Positions 7,843 through 17,249 of a DNA stretch of 64,000 nucleotides are shown piece after piece. Source of the stretch: an uncultured Gemmatimonadales bacterium (lineage in GTDB: Bacteria; Gemmatimonadota; Gemmatimonadetes; Gemmatimonadales; GWC2-71-9); NCBI GenBank assembly GCA_963828735.1, contig CAWHFW010000005.1:640001-704000 (forward strand), in the 5' to 3' direction. The notes under the pieces are model-generated. The model saw only the letters and a list, made by a program, of their open reading frames with translations. It made no database searches and was not told the DNA's origin. Both the position numbers and the translations under genes were made by a program. Numbering within the stretch: position 1 is the first letter of the stretch; each line of letters opens with the position of its first letter.

Positions 7843-10656
7843 ATGATCCGCATCGTCAACGCCCGGCAGAACAACCTGCAGGGAATCACCGTCGAGCTGC
7901 CGCACCGGGCGCTCATCGTCGTCACGGGCCCGTCCGGCTCCGGCAAGAGCACGCTCGCGTTCGACACCCTCTACGCCGAAGGACAGCGGCGCTACATCGA
8001 GTCGCTCTCCACCTACGCGAAGCAGTTCCTCGAGCGGATGCCGAAGCCGCTGGTGGACCACCTCGAGGGCATCGCCCCGTCCGTGGCCATCGAGCAGCGG
8101 AACCCGACCGTCAGCAGCCGGTCCACCGTCGGCACGGCCACCGAAGTGTACGACTACCTGCGGCTGCTCTGGGCCCGCGTCGGCCGAAGCTACTGCCGCG
8201 CGTGCGGCGCGCCCGTCCGGCGCGATACGCCGCAGAGCGCGACGGACGATGTGCTGGCGGCCGCCCCGGGCGCGCGGCTCCAGGTCGCGTTTCCGCTGCC
8301 TCCGGTCGCGCGGCTCACGCACGAAGCCGTGGTCGAGAATCTCCGCGCGCTCGGCTTCGTCCGCGTGCTGGCGGATGGTACCCCACACCACCTCGACGAG
8401 CTGCCGTCCGGCCTGGACCTCACGCGGGCCGCGGAGCTGTTGGTCGTGGTCGATCGCCTGACGGCCGAGCCGGCAGCGGCCGGGCGGCTGGCCGAGTCGG
8501 TGGCGACGGCGTTCCAGGAAGGCGAAGGCGTCGCGGTCGTCCTCCACTCGGGCGATGCTCGAGGGACCGACCGGCTCCGGTTCACGCGCTTCCCTGCCTG
8601 CAGCGCGTGCGACACGCCGGCCGCGATGGTGACGCCGGCCCTCTTCTCCTTCAACAATCCGCGCGGCGCCTGCGCCCACTGCAACGGCTTCGGCGCGGTA
8701 CTCGAGTACGACGAGTCGCTCGTGGTCCCGGACCCGACCCGAAGCCTCGCCAACGGCGCCATCGATCCGTGGACCAAGCCGCGGTACGAGTCCCGACGCC
8801 GCATCCTGCTCGACTACGCGCGCACCCTGGGCGCCGACGCGTCCAAGCCCTGGCAGAAGCTCAAGGCGGCCCACCGCCGCGAGCTGTTGTACGGACGCAA
8901 GGGGCGCTACGTCGGCATCTTCCCGTTCCTCAAGGGACTCGAGGAGAAGCGGTACAAGCAGTATATCCGCGTGTTTCTCCGGCAGTACCAGCTCGCGAAG
9001 ACCTGCGAGGCGTGCGGGGGCAGCCGCCTCAATCCGGACGCGCTCGCCGTCCGAATCGGGGGGGACGCGATCGCGGACGTGTCGTCGCGGTCAGTGGACG
9101 GGATCCACCTCTGGCTCGCCTCGCTCGAGCTCACGGCCTGGGAGCGCGAGATCGCCGACCTCATCGTCGCGCAGCTCGACGCCCAGCTCGGCTTTCTCCG
9201 CGACGTCGGCCTCGGCTATCTCACGCTCGACCGTCAGACCCGCACCCTGTCCGGCGGCGAGGCTCAGCGCATCGCGCTCGCCAACGCCCTCGGCTCGAGG
9301 CTGGTGGACACGCTGTACGTGCTCGACGAGCCGTCCATCGGCCTCCACCCGCGCGACACCGACCGCCTGCTCGGGCTGTTGCGCCGGCTACGCGATGCCG
9401 GCAACACCGTGGTCGTCGTGGAGCACGACCTGGCCGCCGTCCGGCAGGCGGACTTCATGCTGGAGCTCGGACCCGGCTCGGGCGATCGCGGCGGCCGTGT
9501 GGTGCACGCGGGTCCCGTCGAGACCGCGAGCGCCTCGCTCACCGGCCAGTACCTCACCGGCCAGAAGCGGATCGCCGTCCCCAGCGCGCGACGCCCGGTG
9601 GGACCGCGCTGGCTGCGGATTCGCGGCGCTACGCTGCACAACCTCAAGGGCGTCGACGCCGACATTCCGCTCGGCGCGCTGACGGCGATCACGGGCGTGA
9701 GCGGCTCCGGCAAGAGCTCGCTCCTGTACGATGTGGTCTACCGGAACCTCGAGGCCCGCCTCCATGGCGGGCACAGCGCCAAGAGTCACCTCGGGGAGCC
9801 CGTCGGACAGGTCGCCTCGCTCACGGGGTGGGAGTTCCTCCAGGACGTGCTCCTCGTGGACCAGTCGCCGATCGGCCGCTCGCCCCGGTCGAACCCGATC
9901 ACGTACATCAAGGCCTTCGACGAGATCCGCGAGCTGTTCGCGGCGCAGCCGCTCGCGCGCGAGCGCAAGTACACCGGCGCCACGTTCTCCTTCAACCTTC
10001 CGGGCGGCCGCTGCGACGCCTGCGAGGGCGCGGGACACGTGCAGGTGGAGATGGTGTTCCTCGCCGACGTCTACGTTCCGTGCGAGACCTGCGGGGGCAC
10101 CCGCTACCGCCGCGAGGTGCTCGATGTCCGGATCCACGGGCACTCGATCCACGACGTGCTGCAGTGGACCGTGGACGAGGCCATCGCCCGCTTTCGTCAC
10201 CAGGCGAAGCTGGGCGCCGCGCTCTGGCAGCTCCAGCAGGTGGGACTCGGCTACCTCCGCCTCGGGCAGCCCGCGACGACGCTGTCGGGCGGCGAGGCAC
10301 AGCGCCTCAAGATCGCGCGGGAGCTGGCCCAGGCCGGCAAGCGGGTCGGCCGGAAGCTCTACATCCTCGACGAGCCCACCACCGGCCTGCACCTCGACGA
10401 CGTCCGCGTCCTCCTTCAGGTGCTCGACCGTCTCGTGGACGCCGGGCACACGGTCGTCGTCATCGAGCACCACATGGACGTGGTCAAGCGTGCCGACTGG
10501 ATCATCGACCTCGGCCCCGAAGCCGGCGATGCCGGCGGCCGGCTGGTGGCCCAGGGCAGGCCCGACCAGGTAGCCGCGGTCGAAGCGTCCCACACCGGAC
10601 GGTATCTCCGGCCGCTCCTGGCCCTGCACGCTCCCGCGGAAGCTCTAGTCGGATGA
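7843..10656 (+). CDS. uvrA: Excinuclease ABC subunit A
   Basis: Two ABC ATPase modules (GPSGSGKS, GVSGSGKS, LSGGEAQR x2), FDTLYAEGQRRYIESLS, CxxC zinc fingers. Confidence 0.95.
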   Translation: MIRIVNARQNNLQGITVELPHRALIVVTGPSGSGKSTLAFDTLYAEGQRRYIESLSTYAKQFLERMPKPLVDHLEGIAPSVAIEQRNPTVSSRSTVGTATEVYDYLRLLWARVGRSYCRACGAPVRRDTPQSATDDVLAAAPGARLQVAFPLPPVARLTHEAVVENLRALGFVRVLADGTPHHLDELPSGLDLTRAAELLVVVDRLTAEPAAAGRLAESVATAFQEGEGVAVVLHSGDARGTDRLRFTRFPACSACDTPAAMVTPALFSFNNPRGACAHCNGFGAVLEYDESLVVPDPTRSLANGAIDPWTKPRYESRRRILLDYARTLGADASKPWQKLKAAHRRELLYGRKGRYVGIFPFLKGLEEKRYKQYIRVFLRQYQLAKTCEACGGSRLNPDALAVRIGGDAIADVSSRSVDGIHLWLASLELTAWEREIADLIVAQLDAQLGFLRDVGLGYLTLDRQTRTLSGGEAQRIALANALGSRLVDTLYVLDEPSIGLHPRDTDRLLGLLRRLRDAGNTVVVVEHDLAAVRQADFMLELGPGSGDRGGRVVHAGPVETASASLTGQYLTGQKRIAVPSARRPVGPRWLRIRGATLHNLKGVDADIPLGALTAITGVSGSGKSSLLYDVVYRNLEARLHGGHSAKSHLGEPVGQVASLTGWEFLQDVLLVDQSPIGRSPRSNPITYIKAFDEIRELFAAQPLARERKYTGATFSFNLPGGRCDACEGAGHVQVEMVFLADVYVPCETCGGTRYRREVLDVRIHGHSIHDVLQWTVDEAIARFRHQAKLGAALWQLQQVGLGYLRLGQPATTLSGGEAQRLKIARELAQAGKRVGRKLYILDEPTTGLHLDDVRVLLQVLDRLVDAGHTVVVIEHHMDVVKRADWIIDLGPEAGDAGGRLVAQGRPDQVAAVEASHTGRYLRPLLALHAPAEALVG

Positions 10657-11498
10657 GTCGGCGCCGGGCCGTCCTGGCGCTGGTGCTGGTGTGTCTGGTG
10701 TGGGGGGTGTCGTTCACGGCGATCAAGCAGGCGCTCGACTACACCTCTCCGGTCGTGCTGCTGGGGCTCAGATTCGGCATCGCGACCCTGTTCCTGCTCG
10801 GAAGCCTGCGCGGACTCTCACGCGACGAGGCGGTCGGCGGCCTCGTGCTGGGCGGCCTCTTCTGGGCGGGGTTCGTCTTTCAGACCAAAGGCCTGCAGTA
10901 CACCACGCCAAGCCGCTCGGCGTTCATCACGATTCTTTCGACGCCGCTGGTGCCGGTGCTCCAGTTTCTGCTGCACCGCACCGTGCCCCGATGGCCGACG
11001 GTCGTGGCCATCGTCCTCGCGGTGGCCGGCACCTGGCTGCTCACGAGTCCGGATGGCGGCGGCCTCAATCGCGGCGACCTCCTCACGATCGGCTGCGCGA
11101 TCGTGTTCACCGGACAGATCGTGGCCGCCGGGCACTACGCGGCGCGCATTCCCATCGGCCGCCTGCTGGCGCTCGAGCTCGGCACCTCCGCCCTGCTCTC
11201 GCTCGCGAGCGCGCCGGCCCTCGAAGCGCCGCGGCTCGACGTCACCGGCACGTTCGTCGCGCTGCTGGCCTTTCTCGCCCTCAGCGGTCTCTGGTCGTTC
11301 CGCACCCAGCTCCGCGCCCAACAGGTTCTGACGCCGACCCACACGGCACTGGTATTCACGCTCGAGCCAGTATTTGCCGGCGTCACCAGCTTCCTTGTGC
11401 TCGGCGAGCGGCTGAGTGCCCTCCAGCTTTTCGGGGGCGCACTGATCATGACCGCGGTCGCGGCGCCGGCGCTCGAGTCCATCGAGTCCGACGGCTGA
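10653..11498 (+). CDS. DMT/EamA family transporter
   Basis: WGVSF, GLQYTTPSRSAFIT, FTLEPVFA; ATGA overlap with uvrA stop. Confidence 0.88.
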   Translation: MSRRRAVLALVLVCLVWGVSFTAIKQALDYTSPVVLLGLRFGIATLFLLGSLRGLSRDEAVGGLVLGGLFWAGFVFQTKGLQYTTPSRSAFITILSTPLVPVLQFLLHRTVPRWPTVVAIVLAVAGTWLLTSPDGGGLNRGDLLTIGCAIVFTGQIVAAGHYAARIPIGRLLALELGTSALLSLASAPALEAPRLDVTGTFVALLAFLALSGLWSFRTQLRAQQVLTPTHTALVFTLEPVFAGVTSFLVLGERLSALQLFGGALIMTAVAAPALESIESDG

Positions 11499-11534
11499 CG
11501 AGGGATTCTGCCTCGGTCCCTCACCGGCTCGACC

Positions 11535-12953
11535 TTACTTCAGCTCCTCCGCCGCCTTCCGCACCGCATCCCACGCCGCCCGCACATGCTCCCGCTCGGT
11601 CGCCCGCTGACCCACCACGAGCCGGATGGCGTACCTGCCGCCGAGCCGCGTGTGCGTGAGGTACCGGTCGCGTCCCGCATTCACCGCCGCGAGCAGCCGG
11701 GCATTGTGCCCATCGAGCTCCGCGTCGTCCAGGCCCGCTGGACGCCAGCGGAAGCACACCAGCCCGAACGGCACCGGTGCCATCAGCTCGAATGCAGGGT
11801 CGGCCGTGATCCACCCGGCCAGCTCGCGCGCGAGCGCGACGTGGCGGCGGATGATGGCGCGCAGTCCCTCGACGCCGTAGCTCCGGATCACGAACCAGAG
11901 CTTGAGCGCCCGGAACCGGCGGCCGAGCTGGATGCCCCAGTCCCGGAAGTTGACCACGTCGGCGTCGTACTCGGTGCGGAGGTACTCGGGCGTCGCCTGA
12001 AACGTCGACAGCAGCGCGGACGGATCGCGGACGAAGTACGCCGTGCAGTCGAAGTTGGTCAGCAGCCACTTGTGGGGGTTGAAGACGATGCTGTCGGCGG
12101 CCTCCATGCCGTCGAACGAGGACCGGAGCTCGGGCACGATCGCCGCGGCGCCGGCGTAGGCCGCGTCCACGTGGAGCCACGCGCCCGAGCGGCGGCAGAG
12201 CTCGGCGATCGGCCGGAGCGGGTCGATCGCCGTGCTCGAGGTTGTCCCGATCGAGGCGACGACGCACGCGGGACGGATGTTGGCCGATCGGTCGGCCTCG
12301 AGCGCGCGCGCCAGCGCCTCGGGCCTCATCGCGTACGCGTCGTCCGTCTCGATGTGCCGCAACAGGTCCAGCCCGTAGCCGGCGAGCTTGACGGCCTTGT
12401 CGATGGATGAATGGGCCTCGCCCGAGGCATACACCGCGAGCGGCGCGCCCGCGGCGGCGAGGCCCGCCGATCCGGCTTTCCCCGAGGTCGCGCGCTCGCG
12501 TGCAGTCAGCAGCGCTACGAGGGTAGCCGTGGACGCGGTGTCCTGGATGACCCCGACGAAGCCGTCCGGCAGGCCCATCATCTGCCGCAGCCAGTCCATC
12601 ACCACCTGCTCGAGCTCGGTTGCGGCCGGCGACGTCACCCAGCTCATGCCTTGCGCGCCGAGGGTAGCCGTGAGCATTTCCCCGAGGATCGAGGGCGGAC
12701 TGTTGTTGCAGGGGAAGTAGGCGAACCAGCCGGGGTGGTTCCAGTGCGTCATGCCCGGCATGATGATCTCGCGGAAGTCCTCGAACAGCGCGTCGAACGG
12801 CTCCGGATCGATCGGTGGCGCGCCGGGGATCCGCCGGCGAATGTCCCCGGGAGCGACGGCGGGGGTGACGGGCAATGTTCCCACGTCGCGCAGGTAGTCG
12901 GCCATCCAGTCGACGAGCGCGTGGGCGTGGCGGCGGAAGTCGTCAGGGTGCAT
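11535..12953 (-). CDS. PLP-dependent group II decarboxylase (aromatic-L-amino-acid decarboxylase-like)
   Basis: PGMTHWNHP, SPAATELE, HVDAAYAG, FNPHKWL (PLP lysine), LGRRFRALKLW. Confidence 0.92.
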   Translation of the reverse strand: MHPDDFRRHAHALVDWMADYLRDVGTLPVTPAVAPGDIRRRIPGAPPIDPEPFDALFEDFREIIMPGMTHWNHPGWFAYFPCNNSPPSILGEMLTATLGAQGMSWVTSPAATELEQVVMDWLRQMMGLPDGFVGVIQDTASTATLVALLTARERATSGKAGSAGLAAAGAPLAVYASGEAHSSIDKAVKLAGYGLDLLRHIETDDAYAMRPEALARALEADRSANIRPACVVASIGTTSSTAIDPLRPIAELCRRSGAWLHVDAAYAGAAAIVPELRSSFDGMEAADSIVFNPHKWLLTNFDCTAYFVRDPSALLSTFQATPEYLRTEYDADVVNFRDWGIQLGRRFRALKLWFVIRSYGVEGLRAIIRRHVALARELAGWITADPAFELMAPVPFGLVCFRWRPAGLDDAELDGHNARLLAAVNAGRDRYLTHTRLGGRYAIRLVVGQRATEREHVRAAWDAVRKAAEELK

Positions 12954-13029
12954 GTGGCAAAGCGAACGCGCGACGGCGCGAACGTCAAGCCGGAGACACC
13001 CCCGCGACTTCGGAGAGCCCTGTTACCTT

Positions 13030-13066
13030 TGCACGGCGCAACTCCACCAGTGCACGGCCCAACTCC
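13030..13066. repeat. 16-bp direct repeat with 21-bp period in a divergent intergenic region
   Basis: tgcacggcgcaactcc (13030-13045) and tgcacggcccaactcc (13051-13066), 1 mismatch. Confidence 0.7.
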
Positions 13067-13160
13067 GCGAGCGATTCGCGCCATCCTGCGCACGCGACCC
13101 CTCGACGACTCCCCGGCCTCGGAGATCGAGTCCGGACAGAGTCGCCGGTTTAAGGATGCC

Positions 13161-14012
13161 ATGTCCCCTGCCCGTTCGAACCGCGGTCTCGGCTGGATGG
13201 TCCTCGCGCAGGCCTGCTTCGCCGGCATGAACGTCTGCACCCGGCTCGGCAGCCGGCACCTGCCATGGGCGGAGATCGCGGCGGTGCGGTTCCTCGTGGG
13301 AGCGCTGATCGCCGGGGCGCTCGCGACGTTGACCGGAAAGTCGCTCAGGGTCGTCGATCGCGCGGGCACGTGGCGACGGAGCATCTACGGAACGCTCGCG
13401 GCAGCGGGCAGCTTCTACGCGCTGGGCTCGAGCCGTGTGGCGGTGGGCGACGCGGTGACGCTGGGGGCCACGACGCCGATCTTCGTCGCGCTGCTCTCGC
13501 GGCCGCTCCTCGGCGAGCGGGTGGGACGTCATGTCGCGCTGGCGGTGGCGGTGGCGTTCGCGGGGGTCGCGTTGCTGGTCCGGCCGTCCTTCGCCGTCGC
13601 GTGGCCGGTGGCGCTGGTCGCCACGCTCGGCGCGTTCTTCTACGCCCTCGCGATGATCTGGCTCCGACGAATCGGCCCGGGCGAGTCGCACGAGGCCATC
13701 GTGCTCCACTTCTCGCTCGTCGGGCTCGCGACGATGGTCACGCTCGCGCTGCCCGTCTGGCGCTGGCCCGACGCGACCGGCGGTCTCGCGCTGCTCGGCG
13801 CCGGATTGGGCGGAGGGGGCGCCCAGCTCGCGATGACGCGCGCCTACTCCCTCCAGCAGGCGGCGCCGGTAAGCGCGGTCTCGACGCTGGGCGTCGTCAT
13901 CACCTACCTGCTCGCGGTTCCCCTGTTCGGCGACTTGCCGACGCCTTGGCAGCTCGCCGGCGCGGCGCTCGTCCTTGCCGCGACCGCGCTCCTCACCACC
14001 GGCGGCCGATGA
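13161..14012 (+). CDS. DMT/EamA family transporter
   Basis: About 10 TM helices, TTPIFVALLSRPLLGERV, AQLAMTRAY; AAGGA before ATG. Confidence 0.85.
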   Translation: MSPARSNRGLGWMVLAQACFAGMNVCTRLGSRHLPWAEIAAVRFLVGALIAGALATLTGKSLRVVDRAGTWRRSIYGTLAAAGSFYALGSSRVAVGDAVTLGATTPIFVALLSRPLLGERVGRHVALAVAVAFAGVALLVRPSFAVAWPVALVATLGAFFYALAMIWLRRIGPGESHEAIVLHFSLVGLATMVTLALPVWRWPDATGGLALLGAGLGGGGAQLAMTRAYSLQQAAPVSAVSTLGVVITYLLAVPLFGDLPTPWQLAGAALVLAATALLTTGGR

Positions 14013-14034
14013 AAGGCCGTGTATCTTCTACGAT

Positions 14035-14694
14035 ATGGGGGTCAGCCTCGTCGTTTCCGTTCCCGGCCTCACGTACGATCCTGAGCTCGCCTGCCGTCAT
14101 CTGACGGCCGTCGATCCGCGGCTCGGCGAGCTGATCGCCCGGGCGGGGGCGTTCACCATGCGGCCCGAGCCGACCCAGAGCCTGTTCGGGGCGCTCGTCG
14201 AAGCGATCGTCTACCAACAGCTCTCCGGCAAGGCCGCGGAGACGATCCTGGGCCGGGTCGTCGCCATCTATCGCCCGCGCCGGTTCCCTCGCCCGGGGGA
14301 TATCCTCGATACGCCGGCCGACCGGCTTCGCGCCGCCGGTCTCTCGGCCGCGAAGACGGCGGCCATCAAGGACCTCGCCGCGCGCACGCTGGACGGTACC
14401 GTGCCGACGATGGCACGAGTGCGGCGGATGTCGGACGAGGAGATCATCGAACGGCTGACGACGGTGCGCGGCATCGGCCGGTGGACGGTCGAGATGCTAC
14501 TGCTGTTTCGGCTCGGACGTCCAGACGTGCTGCCCTTGGGGGACCTGGGTGTCCGGAAGGGTTTCGCTCGCGCCTTCAACCGGCGCGTGCTGCGCGATCC
14601 GCTCGTGCTGAGCCGGCGCGCCGAGCGTTGGCGGCCCTATCGTTCGGTGGCGAGCTGGTACCTGTGGCGCGCGCTCGATGGCAAGGGCGCCTGA
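14035..14694 (+). CDS. alkA: DNA-3-methyladenine glycosylase II (AlkA/HhH-GPD family)
   Basis: IVYQQLSGKAA, LTTVRGIGRWTVEM HhH motif, GDLGVRKG, WRPYRSVASWYLW. Confidence 0.85.
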   Translation: MGVSLVVSVPGLTYDPELACRHLTAVDPRLGELIARAGAFTMRPEPTQSLFGALVEAIVYQQLSGKAAETILGRVVAIYRPRRFPRPGDILDTPADRLRAAGLSAAKTAAIKDLAARTLDGTVPTMARVRRMSDEEIIERLTTVRGIGRWTVEMLLLFRLGRPDVLPLGDLGVRKGFARAFNRRVLRDPLVLSRRAERWRPYRSVASWYLWRALDGKGA

Positions 14695-14713
14695 TTCGAA
14701 GGGAGGGCGAAGG

Positions 14714-15169
14714 ATGAGCCAGTCGATCACGCCGCCTCCGGCGCAGTCGCCGCACGAGCCCGGGCTCCGCGCCGTCGAGCTTCTCTGCGAGCGCCTGGGC
14801 GAGCTGGGTCTCCCCATCGGGCCCGATACCGCGCGCGAGCTGCTCCGGTCCGTGCTGGCGCTGGAGATGCCGCGCATGGAGGCCGAGGTCCACGAGGCGC
14901 TGCAGACGTCGATCGAGACCATCCGCGTGGCGGCCCAATCGGCGAGCGGCGTGCTCGCGACCGTGGATCCCGTGCAGACCCGGCCGAAGGCACGTGCGGT
15001 GCCGCCGGAGCCCGTGTTGGACCCGGTGCCGCGCCGGCAGGCGCAACCACCGACGCCGCGGCCGAACCCGGCCAGACGTCCTGCCGCGCGCCGGCCGTCC
15101 GATGGCGAAGGCGGGGATGATTTGAACGGGGAGAAGCGCCCGGTCTTCCGGCGCCCGCGAGGACACTGA
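14714..15169 (+). CDS. Hypothetical protein
   Basis: ORF after alkA with purine-rich leader, helical N-half and Pro/Arg-rich tail; no family recognised. Confidence 0.5.
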   Translation: MSQSITPPPAQSPHEPGLRAVELLCERLGELGLPIGPDTARELLRSVLALEMPRMEAEVHEALQTSIETIRVAAQSASGVLATVDPVQTRPKARAVPPEPVLDPVPRRQAQPPTPRPNPARRPAARRPSDGEGGDDLNGEKRPVFRRPRGH

Positions 15170-15185
15170 GGTCAGGAGACGCCGT

Positions 15186-15206
15186 CTCGACGCGGGACGC
15201 GTCGAG
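15186..15206. terminator. Hairpin between convergent ORFs
   Basis: ctcgacgcg-gga-cgcgtcgag perfect 9-bp stem. Confidence 0.45.
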
Positions 15207-15218
15207 GTCGACTGGAAC

Positions 15219-15395
15219 TCAGAACTCGCGCTTCTTCATCTCCTTGAAGAGACGGCGGGTCTCGGGGTCTTCCTCCTGCGAGCGCTGGCGCAGCGTCGGG
15301 TCGAATTGCACCTCCCGCTCGCTCTTGGGGGGAACGACCTTGGCGGCGTTTTTCTTGGCCAGGGCGGCGAGCCGCTGGTCCTCGCGTTTGGACAT
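15219..15395 (-). CDS. Small charged hypothetical protein (58 aa), absent from ORF track
   Basis: GGAGG RBS, ATG; MSKREDQRLAALAKKNAAKVVPPKSEREVQFDPTLRQRSQEEDPETRRLFKEMKKREF; host-like G/C third positions. Confidence 0.65.
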   Translation of the reverse strand: MSKREDQRLAALAKKNAAKVVPPKSEREVQFDPTLRQRSQEEDPETRRLFKEMKKREF

Positions 15396-15485
15396 CCGGG
15401 ATGCCTCCGGCAGCGTGGGTTCCGCGAAGCGTGGGGTTCCGCGAAAAGTAGCTGGACGCGTGACGAGAGTCAGGCACCCCCGGCC

Positions 15486-17006
15486 CTACCAGCAGGTGGT
15501 CGGCCCGGCACACGTCTTCATCGCCGCCAGGTGGTCCGCGAGCCGCTTCCGAATGGCAGCATAGGCTGGGTCCGCGTGGCGGCTCGCCACCTCCGCCGAG
15601 TCGATGCCCAGGTCGTAAAACTCGCGATCGCCGTTGCCATACTCGGTGTACACGTACCTGCCCTGCCGGATGGACCAGAAGACGGAGGCGGGACCTCCCA
15701 GAGGACTGTCTTCGACCATCACGTACCGCCCCGGCGAGGTACCCCAACTGGACTGTCCCTGCAGCAGTGGCCACAGGCTTTGACCGTCCATGATCCGGCG
15801 CGGTGTGGCTCCCGTGGTCGCGACGATCGTGGGCGCCAAATCGACATTCGCGACGGCCGCCGAGTTTCGCCCGCCCATGGCGATCCCCGGACCGCGGATC
15901 AGGAGCGGCACCTTTACCGCGGGTTCGTAGGGAAGAGTCTTGCCGAACTCGATCCGGTGCTCGCCCTGGAACCAGCCGTTGTCGGACGTGTAGATCACCA
16001 GCGTGTTCTGCAGCACGCCGACGTTCTGCAGTGCCTTGACAATGCTGCCAACCCCTTCGTCCACGGCCAGCAGCGACTCCAGCCGCAGCCGGTACGCCTT
16101 CTGAAGATCGGTCTTCTGGGTCGACGTGAGCAGCGGACGGCTGCGCATGCTCGCCGGCTTGTCCGTCATGTCGGCTTCGTTGAAGGCCGGCGATTTCGGC
16201 AGGACTTCAGCGGCGAAGCGTCCCTGGTGCCGTGGGGCGGGGACCGCGGTCTGGATCGTCGTCCCGTCGTTCTCTTCGGAGGCATTGGCCCAATGCGGCG
16301 CGAGGTACGTGACGAAGAGGAAGAACGGCTTGCCGCCCGCGGCGGCCGTCCGCCCCCGTCGGGTGATGAAGTCGACGGCCTTGCGGGTGTAGAAGTCCGA
16401 CTGATACTGGTCCGGGGCGCTGCCGTGTGAGACAACGGTCCCGTTCTGATTCACCTTGTAGCCGTAGTATTTGTATGCCGACTGGCCGAGGGAACCGAAC
16501 CACTCGGTGTACCCGGGCGGAATCGCCGTCGAGTCCACCTCCCCGTACCCGTTGAGGTACTTGCCGATGTGCCCGGTGACGTAGCCCGCCTGCTGCAGCC
16601 AGACCGGAAGCGTGTTGGTGTGGTCCAGCTTGTGGTATCCCCCCTCTGTCCCACCGTTGCTCCGAACCCCGTGATTGTGCGGATATTGTCCGGTCAAGAA
16701 CGTGGCACGGGAGGGACAGCAGAGTGAATACGTGACCACGCTGTTCCGAAACGTCATCCCGGCCGACCCGATCAGACTACGGGTCTGCGTCATGACGCGC
16801 ATCTCTTCGACCGTTTGGTCATCGCTCATGATCACCACGACGTTCGGACGCCCGACGGCGCTCGCCAGGATGGCTCCGCCTGCCGTGTCGGCCGCGGTCA
16901 CCCGGACGCTCGGCGCCGTCATCTCGGGGTCGGTCGAGCAGGCGGAGACGGACACCGAGGCTATCGCGAAGCCGCGCCATAGCGCGGCAGAGATCCGGCC
17001 CTGCAT
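15486..17006 (-). CDS. Formylglycine-dependent sulfatase (N-acetylglucosamine-6-sulfatase-like), probable lipoprotein
   Basis: PNVVVIMSDDQ, CCPSRATFLTGQYPHNHG, GKYLN, YTSDNG, GEHR; VSAC lipobox; GAGGTG RBS. Confidence 0.9.
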   Translation of the reverse strand: MQGRISAALWRGFAIASVSVSACSTDPEMTAPSVRVTAADTAGGAILASAVGRPNVVVIMSDDQTVEEMRVMTQTRSLIGSAGMTFRNSVVTYSLCCPSRATFLTGQYPHNHGVRSNGGTEGGYHKLDHTNTLPVWLQQAGYVTGHIGKYLNGYGEVDSTAIPPGYTEWFGSLGQSAYKYYGYKVNQNGTVVSHGSAPDQYQSDFYTRKAVDFITRRGRTAAAGGKPFFLFVTYLAPHWANASEENDGTTIQTAVPAPRHQGRFAAEVLPKSPAFNEADMTDKPASMRSRPLLTSTQKTDLQKAYRLRLESLLAVDEGVGSIVKALQNVGVLQNTLVIYTSDNGWFQGEHRIEFGKTLPYEPAVKVPLLIRGPGIAMGGRNSAAVANVDLAPTIVATTGATPRRIMDGQSLWPLLQGQSSWGTSPGRYVMVEDSPLGGPASVFWSIRQGRYVYTEYGNGDREFYDLGIDSAEVASRHADPAYAAIRKRLADHLAAMKTCAGPTTCW

Positions 17007-17058
17007 GGTGCACCTCACTTCCCGTTCACGGCTCCATGGCAATGACTCCATGGTGCGG

Positions 17059-17103
17059 AAGTTCACGAGGCGCGCCTGAGGCTATGGTGAACGAGTCGTG
17101 AAG
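17059..17103 (-). promoter_or_regulatory. Triple 11-bp-period direct repeat plus -10-like hexamer upstream of the sulfatase
   Basis: Minus strand CTTCA-N6-GTTCA-N6-CCTCA-N12-GAACTT. Confidence 0.5.
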
Positions 17104-17175
17104 ATTTCAGTAGGCCAGGCGAGACCGTCGCTGGTGCTGGATTCGGGCTCGCGTGCCATTGAGCCGCTCTTCAAC

Positions 17176-17203
17176 TTGACGGCGCTGCCAATCCGGCTAA
17201 CCT
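17176..17203 (+). promoter_or_regulatory. Sigma70-like promoter
   Basis: TTGACG-N16-TAACCT upstream of the 17250 gene. Confidence 0.35.
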
Positions 17204-17249
17204 GTTCTTCCCGACCACCGACCTTTCCGTCCTCACCAGCGAGCCGCCG

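Noticed and set aside
7794..11498. 1234-aa ORF overlapping uvrA
   Set aside because: GC-rich shadow frame; only the last ~281 codons (DMT transporter from 10653) look like real protein
15219..15395. Ribosomal protein S21
   Set aside because: Similar size and charge but lacks the ALRRFKR and YEKPS motifs
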